From NCBI GenBank assembly GCA_944391445.1, contig CALXTL010000006.1, positions 21,123 to 85,122 on the forward strand: DNA of 64,000 bases, read 5' to 3'. A program made the translations under genes and the position numbers. Origin of the DNA: an uncultured Alphaproteobacteria bacterium. GTDB lineage: Bacteria > Pseudomonadota > Alphaproteobacteria > RF32 > CAG-239. The notes beneath the pieces are model-generated. The model ran no database searches, was not told the DNA's origin, and saw only the letters and a program-made list of their open reading frames with translations. Of this stretch, positions 21,135 to 29,624 are shown in pieces (position 1 is the first letter of the stretch; each line of letters begins with the position of its first letter).

Positions 21135-21191
21135 GGCGCAAAGCCTCTTATATCAGGAGTCATCTGCCTGCTGAGAGAGGAGAGTTTTTCA

Positions 21192-21509
21192 ATGGAATTG
21201 TATATTTTCTTTGCTTTTTTGTTGTTGTATGTCATCACCGCGCTGATGCTGCCGCGTGACAAACTGCGCAAGATCTGGACACTGGCTTATATTTTTTCAT
21301 TTATCATGACATCAATCGCTTTGGGCTTTGTCCGTTTGTCGCGGCAGGATGTGATGCTGGATGCCAATCAGCTCAATTGGTATTATATTTTGTTTCTCTT
21401 TGGCATGTTGTCGGTTGTTTTGGGAGTGTTTAACCTGTGGATGTATCGCAAGCCTCTGTGGCATATCATGTTTTCATCAGGCAATGATGAAGAAGAGGAA
21501 AAAGAATAA
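21192..21509 (+). CDS. small membrane protein with acidic C-terminus
   Basis: ATG 21192 follows a GAGGAG SD. The track start at 21063 would run through the preceding terminator. Confidence 0.45.
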   Translation: MELYIFFAFLLLYVITALMLPRDKLRKIWTLAYIFSFIMTSIALGFVRLSRQDVMLDANQLNWYYILFLFGMLSVVLGVFNLWMYRKPLWHIMFSSGNDEEEEKE

Positions 21510-21573
21510 TATTTGCCAAATCGGATATATTCGTGTATGACGAATATATCTTCAACCCAAAAAGGAGCAGACC

Positions 21574-22338
21574 ATGGAAGATCAATGCAAATGCGGGGAA
21601 AATGCCGGCAAATGCCATTGCGGCAAAGGAAAGTTGCTTGCGGCACTGCTGCTTGCCGTCGGTATGGCTTTGGCCGGATATTTCCCGGGATATTACTATT
21701 ATCAGTCAAAAATCAATGCCAATTTTGTCACCGTCAAAGGCCTGTCGGAAAAAGCCGTCCGTGCCAACCTCGGCATCTGGACCATCCGCTATGTCGTCAC
21801 CAACAATGACCTGACACTGGCTCAGCAGGAAGTTCAGCGGCAAAAAGACATTATCTTTCAGTTTTTGAAAACAGCCGGTATCAGCGAGGAAGAAATCAGC
21901 GAAGGTCGGATTGAAACCAATGATATCATGGCCAATCCCTACCGCAACGGCAACGATACCGGCGCGCGTTTTATTGTGAATCAGAGTATTATCGTGCGTT
22001 CGGCGGATGTTGATAAAATTGAATCCGCTCTAAGCAAAAGCAGCGAGCTGGTTGCCCGCGGCATCATTTTAGACAATCAATACGCCTCGCCGGTGGCTTA
22101 TCTGTTCACCGAGCTCAATGCCGTCAAACCGGCCATGCTGGAAGAGGCCACCCGCAATGCCGCGGCGGCTGCGGCGGAGTTTGCCAAAAGTTCAAACAGC
22201 CGGGTAGGCCGCATCAAGCGTGCCAGCCAGGGTGTGTTTTCCATCCTGCCGCGAGAGCAAAGCCCCGGTGCTGCCGAAAGCCAGTCGATTGAGAAAACCG
22301 TTCGTGTTGTTTCAACCGTGGAATACTGGCTGGAATAA
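21574..22338 (+). CDS. SIMPL/DUF541-domain protein with Cys/His-rich N-terminus and one TM
   Basis: 254 aa. The body resembles the SIMPL family (…VSTVEYWLE C-terminus). The N-terminus reads MEDQCKCGENAGKCHCGKGK. Confidence 0.55.
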   Translation: MEDQCKCGENAGKCHCGKGKLLAALLLAVGMALAGYFPGYYYYQSKINANFVTVKGLSEKAVRANLGIWTIRYVVTNNDLTLAQQEVQRQKDIIFQFLKTAGISEEEISEGRIETNDIMANPYRNGNDTGARFIVNQSIIVRSADVDKIESALSKSSELVARGIILDNQYASPVAYLFTELNAVKPAMLEEATRNAAAAAAEFAKSSNSRVGRIKRASQGVFSILPREQSPGAAESQSIEKTVRVVSTVEYWLE

Positions 22339-22364
22339 AGCATTTTCGGATATTTTCCAAACCT

Positions 22365-22408
22365 AAAAAAAGCCCCTGAAAAGAAAATGCTTTTCAGGGG
22401 TGTTTTTC
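22365..22408. terminator. bidirectional terminator
   Basis: Perfect 11-bp stem CCCCTGAAAAG / CTTTTCAGGGG flanked by an A-run and a T-run. Confidence 0.8.
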
Positions 22409-22416
22409 TGTAAGCG

Positions 22417-22806
22417 TCAATCATCTATCCAGCGGATGCAAACCTCCATCCGTTCGTTATAGATGACTGCACCGGTTTGTTCGGCTTTGCCCGCGCCGTT
22501 AGAAAAGGTTCTGTGATAGAACTGCCCTTGCGGAATAATCGGCTTTGGCTTCAGCGGTCCGGCGTAAATATACAAAAGCTGACCGGTTTCTTCCAAAATG
22601 GCCCAATGGGTAATTTTGCCGACATATGCCTGCATGGCCCAAACCGGACCTTCAACATAATCAATCGTGCAGAGCATTGCGTTGGAAAAACCGGCATACC
22701 GTTGTAGGTTTTTAGCGAGCGCTTCACTCATATACAGCGTCATCGTACGCGGTGTATTGAGCATTGTTCTTTTTTTCATAAATCTTGGGTTTTTTAAGTG
22801 AAACAA
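22417..22806 (-). CDS. hypothetical protein
   Basis: ORF directly abutting the upstream ORF. The first ATG is at 22779. No domain recognised. Confidence 0.4.
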   Translation of the reverse strand: MFHLKNPRFMKKRTMLNTPRTMTLYMSEALAKNLQRYAGFSNAMLCTIDYVEGPVWAMQAYVGKITHWAILEETGQLLYIYAGPLKPKPIIPQGQFYHRTFSNGAGKAEQTGAVIYNERMEVCIRWIDD

Positions 22807-23166
22807 TCAGTGAATCAAGACAAAGGAAACGCCGAAATCTCCGTTTCCAAGTTCAACAATTTGCATATTGCCGCGTTTGGTCGGCTCAAAAGCTGTCGTT
22901 TGACTGACTGGCGCGCCGCCCAGAGCTTTTGGCATATACACAAAGGAGTTTTTAACCGGGTAATAAACAATGGTGCCCGGTGCTTTGGATGCAATTTCCT
23001 GCAGCGGAAAAACAAAACCGAGCTGGTAAGCTGGTTTGGGATGCTTCAGGATGCAAAGAGTACCCTTTCCGATAACATATAAATTATCAAAATTAGGAAA
23101 TCTCCGCAACAATTCCTCTCTGACTGTCGCTGCTGTTTCATCCCAGGATAACAGTTTTACATTCAT
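22807..23166 (-). CDS. hypothetical protein
   Basis: 119-aa ORF, first gene of a two-gene unit. No domain recognised. Confidence 0.4.
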   Translation of the reverse strand: MNVKLLSWDETAATVREELLRRFPNFDNLYVIGKGTLCILKHPKPAYQLGFVFPLQEIASKAPGTIVYYPVKNSFVYMPKALGGAPVSQTTAFEPTKRGNMQIVELGNGDFGVSFVLIH

Positions 23167-23342
23167 AATAAAAAATTATTAATTGGTTTGACATAAAATT
23201 ATCTATGTGCAGTCAAAGATAGACTTTTTTAGACAAAAGTCAAGGATTAAAAACAAAAATTTGTCTATATTAATGAATCAAGATTGACTTTCAAGACTCA
23301 TTCGGCCAAAATGAATACATTGCATAATAAAGGAGAGCAGGC

Positions 23343-24767
23343 ATGTCTTTTTCTTTTTGCCGGACAATGTTGATTGCCGCCATGTTCCTGCTGACAGGGC
23401 AGCCCTTGCATGCCAAGGTGTCCAGCATTACCGATCTCGACAACTATGTCGGCGGCGGACGGGCAGAAAATGCGCCGAGTCGCCCCTTGCCGGATTCCCG
23501 TTGTGAAGCTTTTGCCGGCTATCTGAGTACTGTTCCTGCCGGGCAGGATTGCGAAGAGGCGCACCCGCTGCCCGGTGTTACCTGCTATCATCATTGCCGT
23601 TGCGCCTATGGCACGGCCGTCAACTGTACCTGCAATTCCAGCCGCTATTTTCCTGCCGATGCGCTGCCCAGAGGCACAGAAGCCACCGGAGACATCTGCC
23701 GGATAAAATCAACCGGAGAGATATATCATGCCGTCCGCTGCAAAAAAGGCTTCAAGCCGGATGCCGGCGCCACAACCTGTTCCTGCAGCTATGGCCCGGA
23801 TAAAGATTGTCTGTGTGACAGCCGCGAATATCCGTTGCCGGCCTATGGCAGTTTTAACCATGAGCTTTATCGTTATGAAAAATGCCCTGCCGGTGAATAT
23901 TATCGTATAGCCGGTTGTAAAAAACAGGGCTATCATCTGGTTGGCGAAAGTTGCTTGTTGCAATGCGCGCCGGGATATTCGGCTGTCTTAAATGCTTGTG
24001 ATGACGGCTTTGAGCTGACAGAACAGGAAGATGTGCCCGAATGCAAAATGTGCCGCCGGATTGAATGCCCGGCTTCTTACACCTTTTTTAATAATTGTCC
24101 GGATGGCACAGTTTCCGTATCTCATCCCGAGCGTCCGGATTGTTTCAAATGTGAAGGTGTGGCATGCACTGGCAAATATCGGACATATAATGTCTGTCGC
24201 TTCGGGCAAACTCAAAAACGTCAGGAAACCAACCCGCGCTGCGTCTATTGCGAAGGCGAACCTTGCGAAAGCGGCTATACGTTGAATGTCAGCTGCGCTT
24301 CCGGTCAGACAATGCAGATCCAGCCGTCCAACCCGGCTTGTCAGAAATGCTCCGGGGTTTCCTGTGCTTCCGGCTATGAGCTGATCTCTGCTTGTGCCGA
24401 AGGACAAACGCTGCATCGGCAGAATGACAATTCTCAATGCGGAAAATGCGTCGGCAGCCCGTGTCAAAACGGCTACACAACAAGGGTAAGCAGCTGCGGC
24501 GCCGGATTGGAGCTGGAAGTGCAAAAGACCAACGGCAAGTGCAAAAGATGTGTGCCGACGCCTTGTCACAGCGGATTTTCAACATCCATAACGCGTTTTG
24601 ATTGTCGTGACGGTCAGACGTTTGAACGCCAGCCTGGCACTTCCTGCGGGCAATGCTCGGGAATCCCCTGCGCCGCCGGCTATTCGACAACAACCGGAGC
24701 TTGCGCGTCGGGACGGGTACTTTTGATCCAGCCGGGGAACTCCGCCTGCCGCAAATGCGCCGATTGA
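23343..24767 (+). CDS. secreted cysteine-rich repeat protein
   Basis: Signal peptide (…GQPLHA), an AAGGAGAG SD, and about 55 Cys residues. The C-terminal half consists of eight tandem 33-aa four-Cys units. Confidence 0.75.
   Translation: MSFSFCRTMLIAAMFLLTGQPLHAKVSSITDLDNYVGGGRAENAPSRPLPDSRCEAFAGYLSTVPAGQDCEEAHPLPGVTCYHHCRCAYGTAVNCTCNSSRYFPADALPRGTEATGDICRIKSTGEIYHAVRCKKGFKPDAGATTCSCSYGPDKDCLCDSREYPLPAYGSFNHELYRYEKCPAGEYYRIAGCKKQGYHLVGESCLLQCAPGYSAVLNACDDGFELTEQEDVPECKMCRRIECPASYTFFNNCPDGTVSVSHPERPDCFKCEGVACTGKYRTYNVCRFGQTQKRQETNPRCVYCEGEPCESGYTLNVSCASGQTMQIQPSNPACQKCSGVSCASGYELISACAEGQTLHRQNDNSQCGKCVGSPCQNGYTTRVSSCGAGLELEVQKTNGKCKRCVPTPCHSGFSTSITRFDCRDGQTFERQPGTSCGQCSGIPCAAGYSTTTGACASGRVLLIQPGNSACRKCAD
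23964..24764 (+). repeat. eight tandem ~33-codon repeats (protein-level) C-x2-G-[YF]-x5-7-C-x2-G-x10-13-C-x-[KRM]-C-x4
   Basis: aa 208-474 of the ORF, e.g. CESGYTLNVSCASGQTMQIQPSNPACQKCSGVS / CASGYELISACAEGQTLHRQNDNSQCGKCVGSP. The units are diverged at the DNA level. Confidence 0.8.
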
Positions 24768-24835
24768 GCAGGGCTTTAAATAACATATTTCGCTGTTATA
24801 TATTGGGCAATTCACAATAATTGGAAGGATTTGCC

Positions 24836-26086
24836 ATGCAGCGTTATTTATCCGGAATCATTCTTTTAAGTACAGTTGTTTGGGCAGGGGCGGCGGCCGC
24901 TGCATCAATGCAGGAACCCTCAGCAACTCTTGAAGATCTGGCCGAACAGCCCAAAAGCGCCAGACAGCGCATTGCCGCATCACGTTTGCGCCGGGCCGGG
25001 CAGGATGTCAAAGATTTTTTGTATAAATATTCCGACTTTAAGGATAGTCTGCAAAAGAAGTACGGTATTGGTTTTGCACTGGATATTTCTTTCATGCCGC
25101 AATATGGCGCGCCGAGCGGCAAACAAACCGCATTTCAGAGCGTCATCTATCCGTCGCTCACTTGGAATATATTTAAAAATGAATACGGCGCAGGCACAAT
25201 GACCGCCGCTTATAATATTGTCCGTTACGGCGGGGCAAACGGTCAGAATATCAACAACCGCATCGGCGCCGTCACCGGTATCAATGACAACATGACGGCA
25301 GATAATACGTTTGACGAATTATATTATACCTATCAGTTGCCGGGGCGGTGGAACTGGCTGTCGATGTCTGTCGGACAATTTCCTTTGGCAAATTTTGACG
25401 GTACAACTTATGATTCCAATCAGCAGCAGTATTTTATTAATGAAGCAATGGCGCAAAACGCCTCGTCGTCATACCCTTCGGCATCGCTCGGCGGATATGT
25501 GTCCGTGACACCGGGGGAGTGGAATCTGAGCTTTGGAGCGCAGGATGCCACCAATACAACCGGGCAGAGCATTTCAACCTCGCATTTGGGAGAGAAACAT
25601 TACACAACATTTGCTTCGCTGACATACAGCCCGGATATCGGACAGCTGGGGGCCGGACAATATTCTCTCATGTTTTATAATCAGCCTTCTGTCCGCAAGC
25701 AGCCGCAGACAACCAACGGCTGGTCTTTGAATTTTTTGCAGAATTTGGGTGAAAAACTGGCCTTTTTTGGCAGAGCCAACGGCGTGTCGGGTGCGCAGGA
25801 AGAAATAGAACGTTCCTGGGTTTTGGGTATGGTATATAATGACCCCTTTGAGCGCAACAGTCTTGACCAAATCGGTTTGGCCGGTGCGTATAATGAGATT
25901 AATGAAAAAGCAGTCGGCGAGCCGCTGACACATGACGCCGAAACCGTTTTGGAAGCATATTGGTCATGGGGTATATCTCAATGGATGACGCTGACTCCGG
26001 ACATTCAGATCTATTTCAACCCGGCCTTGAACCCGAAATCAGATCATGCCTTTGCGGCTAGTCTCCGTATGTCGCTGTTTTTCTAA
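24836..26086 (+). CDS. outer-membrane beta-barrel porin (OprB/carbohydrate-porin-like)
   Basis: Signal peptide, alternating beta-strand pattern and a C-terminal '...LRMSLFF'. ATG 24836 lies behind a GGAAGGA SD. Confidence 0.55.
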   Translation: MQRYLSGIILLSTVVWAGAAAAASMQEPSATLEDLAEQPKSARQRIAASRLRRAGQDVKDFLYKYSDFKDSLQKKYGIGFALDISFMPQYGAPSGKQTAFQSVIYPSLTWNIFKNEYGAGTMTAAYNIVRYGGANGQNINNRIGAVTGINDNMTADNTFDELYYTYQLPGRWNWLSMSVGQFPLANFDGTTYDSNQQQYFINEAMAQNASSSYPSASLGGYVSVTPGEWNLSFGAQDATNTTGQSISTSHLGEKHYTTFASLTYSPDIGQLGAGQYSLMFYNQPSVRKQPQTTNGWSLNFLQNLGEKLAFFGRANGVSGAQEEIERSWVLGMVYNDPFERNSLDQIGLAGAYNEINEKAVGEPLTHDAETVLEAYWSWGISQWMTLTPDIQIYFNPALNPKSDHAFAASLRMSLFF

Positions 26087-27399
26087 GAAGTCAGATCGCG
26101 TCCGGCACGGCGGATAATGACTTTATTTTCGCGGCCGGATTCTTGAGAAGTTCTGTTCGCAAGGGATGATCGTTTTGTTGAGCTGTCAACGGCGGTCTTG
26201 CTCTTTTGATCCCTGTTGTCCATTTTGGCACGCACTTTACGCAAATGCTCCAAATTTTTGACCGGGTCAATAACCGGCGTCAAATCGGCAATCAGCGGCG
26301 TATTGTCTTGTACCGCCTTGCCAACCATCAGTCTGTCCTCAAGCGGAATGCTCTCAATACTCATATATTGAGCCAATAAGGCTTTAAGGTTTTCCGGCTT
26401 GCCGTTTTGGAGCTCGGCCATCATATCGTTGACAGTACTGCGGACAATATCTTCGCGTGCATCTTCGCGTGCGGTGCGGCTGACATTGATCATATCGCCT
26501 TGTTTGCCGGTATAGCGGAAATAGGAATCCGTGCTGGCGATTCTTTCGCGGTTAAAGCTGATAACGGTATCATGATACACCAGCACCATATGATAGCCGG
26601 AACCAGTGCGGTTGCCGCTGCTTTTTTGCGCAATCATCAAAATATCGTCGGGGTTTTTAGCCGTTTCTTCTTTAATCAGTGCCAGCAGATTCTTTTTGGC
26701 TGTTGTTTTGCGGTAATTCCGGTGTTTGCCGAAAGCTTTTTTCAAACCGTAATAACTATTGGGGTTGCATGCGCGAACCTTTTGAATAAATGCATCGGCA
26801 AATTCAGGGGCGCCGGATTGTTGAGCAGCTTCGTTCAACACTTCCAAAGCGCTGCGCAGACAGTGCAAACCGACGGGAACATCTTTGCCCCAGCGCGAGC
26901 GCAAGACGCGGCTGCGGCCCTTACTTTTAATTTCTTTTTGCACTTCGGAGGCAATAGACAAAAGCGCATCGCCGGTCTCGGCCGAGCGTTCGCTGCAAAT
27001 TTGGTTGTAAGTCAAATCGTCAGAAAGCATTTGGCTGCAAATCTTGCCCAATTCTTCCTGTGACAAATTAACCTGAAGCTGGCGCATGGTTGGTGAAACG
27101 CCGATTTCTGTATTCGGGCTTTCTTTGTCGCGGCTGCCGGAATTGGACGTTCCCGTTTTACTAAGAACCGGACCGGAACTGACAACCGCCGACAACAGAA
27201 TGGATAATCGGAGATTCATATGATTCTTGCGCCAGAACCGTCGGACTTTTTGCCCGGCCTTTTTCAGTCCGTCTTCCACGGCGGCAACAGTTTTCTGCTG
27301 CCGCGCTTCGGCCAGTTTGGCCGAGACTTTCTGTGCGGCAGGCTGCTGTTGCAGGTTGTTCCAAATCTCTTGCAGCTTTTCAACCAGATTCTGACTCAT
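26083..27399 (-). CDS. hypothetical protein (possible Cys/His hydrolase core)
   Basis: 438-aa ORF. 'GLHCLRSA' and 'SGYHMVLVYHD' lie about 90 aa apart. The termini are charged and low in complexity. Confidence 0.45.
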   Translation of the reverse strand: MSQNLVEKLQEIWNNLQQQPAAQKVSAKLAEARQQKTVAAVEDGLKKAGQKVRRFWRKNHMNLRLSILLSAVVSSGPVLSKTGTSNSGSRDKESPNTEIGVSPTMRQLQVNLSQEELGKICSQMLSDDLTYNQICSERSAETGDALLSIASEVQKEIKSKGRSRVLRSRWGKDVPVGLHCLRSALEVLNEAAQQSGAPEFADAFIQKVRACNPNSYYGLKKAFGKHRNYRKTTAKKNLLALIKEETAKNPDDILMIAQKSSGNRTGSGYHMVLVYHDTVISFNRERIASTDSYFRYTGKQGDMINVSRTAREDAREDIVRSTVNDMMAELQNGKPENLKALLAQYMSIESIPLEDRLMVGKAVQDNTPLIADLTPVIDPVKNLEHLRKVRAKMDNRDQKSKTAVDSSTKRSSLANRTSQESGRENKVIIRRAGRDLTS

Positions 27400-27557
27400 C
27401 TTTTTTCTTTCTTCTTAAAATTTATACCAAAAATCCCTAAACATATATTATCATAAAATCAATAGATTATGCAATCAAATATATGATTAAATTTAAAATT
27501 AACTTTACAAAAACATCCTTTTGAGGATAATTGAAAAAGATTTTAACTTGAAGTGTA

Positions 27558-28073
27558 ATGAAAATGAAAAAAAATCTTATGGCTTTCGTATGCGGAGGAT
27601 TATCGCTCATGGTTTCTGCGTGCCAGTCAAATGTCAGACCTCCAATTGTTCCGGCTGTTGAGGTCAGACAGTGTGCTGATTCTGCGCTGGAAATTATCGG
27701 CGGAGTCGAACCGGTTTATTTTCTGCCGCTGAGTGCGCCGCTTGAGTCGCGGATAGATACCGGAGCGGAAACATCATCTGTTCATGTGGAAAATTTGCGC
27801 ACTTTTGAACGCGATGGCGAAAAATGGGTCGGTTTTGAAATAAGCGGCACCCGTTTTGAGAAAAGAATTCAGCGTAAAACAGTCATTCGTCGCCAGCTGA
27901 AAGACGAAGAGCGCGTTGTTGTTAATCTGGATGTCAAAATCGGTGACGAAATTATCACCGCCGAATTTACGTTGGCAGACCGGTCAAAGTTCGAGTATGA
28001 AGGACTGATCGGCCGCAACATCCTCAACGGACGCTTTATTGTCGATCCGTCGCTTGAACACACTTTGCGTTAG
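27558..28073 (+). CDS. retropepsin-like protease-family protein ('ATP-dependent zinc protease'/RimB-like), lipoprotein
   Basis: Lipobox 'MVSAC', the 'SRIDTGAETSSVHV' aspartic-protease-like motif, and a C-terminal 'GLIGRNILNGRFIVDP'. Confidence 0.65.
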   Translation: MKMKKNLMAFVCGGLSLMVSACQSNVRPPIVPAVEVRQCADSALEIIGGVEPVYFLPLSAPLESRIDTGAETSSVHVENLRTFERDGEKWVGFEISGTRFEKRIQRKTVIRRQLKDEERVVVNLDVKIGDEIITAEFTLADRSKFEYEGLIGRNILNGRFIVDPSLEHTLR

Positions 28074-28084
28074 GGAATATTGCC

Positions 28085-29620
28085 GTGATGCTGAAAAAAC
28101 TGGCTTCAGTCAGGGGAATCCTGTCAATTTTGCTGTTGTTGTCAATCGTTTATGCCGCTTATGGCATTTATTACAAAGTTTCTTACTGGGGGTTTCATTT
28201 TACGCCGCGGCAAAGTGCCAATATCTGGACAATTGAGGCTCATATTTCTTTTGAACCGACCGGCGAGCCGATAAAAGTCGCGCTGACAACGCCGCGCAGC
28301 AGCGATGCTTTCAAAATTCTGGAAGAAAATGTTGTGGCCGAAGGGTATAAGACCAGCAAAAACAAAGAGGAATCTCGTCTGGTGCTGACCAGTGCGCCCA
28401 AGGTGGATAAGCAGGACATATATTATAAAATCATGCTGTTTGACAATATCGACACGCGCGGCAAGATCAAAGCCGACGCGCCCAAAGCGCCCAAACAGCC
28501 GATTTTTGACGAACAGCGGCTGGCTGCGGCCAAGCAGTTATTGCAGCTTGCCCAAAAACAAGATGGCGATGCCGTCAGCCAAATTATCCGTCTGTTGAAC
28601 GAAGAACCGTTGCAGCCTGCCGTTCAGGCCTATCTGCCGGTGAAGTCAACCCAGCAGATTATGGTTGAAATCATTACCGACTTACTGTCGCTCAAGGGCA
28701 TTCCTTCCCGCACCGCCCGAGGTTTCCGCTTGGAAGAGAGCAAAAAAGCCCTTTCTCCTGATCTGATGATTGAGGCTTATATCGACGGTTTGTGGAAGAT
28801 TTACGACATCAAAACCGGCAAAAAAGGGTTGCCGGACAATTTTGTTTTGTTCCAGCGTGGCGGGCAATCGTTGATTGATGTTGAAGGCGGCGAAAATTCT
28901 GTAATCAAGTTTTCCGTGCTCAAATCAATAACCTCATCGATGAAGCTGGCCGGTCGCCGGGCTGAATTGTTTGACCAGCAGCGCAATTTCCAATATTCGA
29001 TTTACAATCTGCCGCTGGCGCAGCAGAACACGTTGAAATGGCTGTCTATTTTTCCTCTGGCTATTTTGGTGATTGTCCTGATGCGCAATGTCATCGGCCT
29101 GCAGACAATGGGCACGTTCACACCGATGTTGCTGGCCATGTCTTTGGTCAAAACCGGTTTTTGGCCGGGACTGTTGTGTTTTGCAATTATCATGGTTTTG
29201 GGGCTGAGCATCCGTTTTCTCATGTCAAAGTTTAATTTACTGCTGGTACCGCGGATTTCGGCGGTGGTCATTTTCGTCATACTGATTATGCAGTTTCTGA
29301 CGGTCATTGGCTATCAGCTGGAGTTTAATATTGCTCAGTCGGCGGTCTTTTTCCCGATCATCATCATGTCGTGGATTATTGAACGGGCTTCAATCACCTG
29401 GGAAGAAGATGGTGCACTGAATGCCTGCCGGGAAATCGTGTTCAGTCTGATTGTGGCGATAGCGACATATTTTGTCATCAGCAGCGAATATATCCGTCAT
29501 ATCATGTTTGCGTTTAATGAGCTCAATCTGGTGATTCTGTTTATAGTCATGTTACTTGGGACTTATACCGGATATCGCCTGATGGAGTTGAAGCGTTTTC
29601 GTCCTTTGGTGAAGAGTTAG
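28085..29620 (+). CDS. 7-TM protein with N-terminal inactive-transglutaminase-like ectodomain
   Basis: 511 aa with one N-terminal TM, a roughly 300-aa soluble domain and 7 C-terminal TM helices. It sits between the protease-like and ATP-grasp genes. Confidence 0.55.
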   Translation: MMLKKLASVRGILSILLLLSIVYAAYGIYYKVSYWGFHFTPRQSANIWTIEAHISFEPTGEPIKVALTTPRSSDAFKILEENVVAEGYKTSKNKEESRLVLTSAPKVDKQDIYYKIMLFDNIDTRGKIKADAPKAPKQPIFDEQRLAAAKQLLQLAQKQDGDAVSQIIRLLNEEPLQPAVQAYLPVKSTQQIMVEIITDLLSLKGIPSRTARGFRLEESKKALSPDLMIEAYIDGLWKIYDIKTGKKGLPDNFVLFQRGGQSLIDVEGGENSVIKFSVLKSITSSMKLAGRRAELFDQQRNFQYSIYNLPLAQQNTLKWLSIFPLAILVIVLMRNVIGLQTMGTFTPMLLAMSLVKTGFWPGLLCFAIIMVLGLSIRFLMSKFNLLLVPRISAVVIFVILIMQFLTVIGYQLEFNIAQSAVFFPIIIMSWIIERASITWEEDGALNACREIVFSLIVAIATYFVISSEYIRHIMFAFNELNLVILFIVMLLGTYTGYRLMELKRFRPLVKS

Positions 29621-29624
29621 CGCA

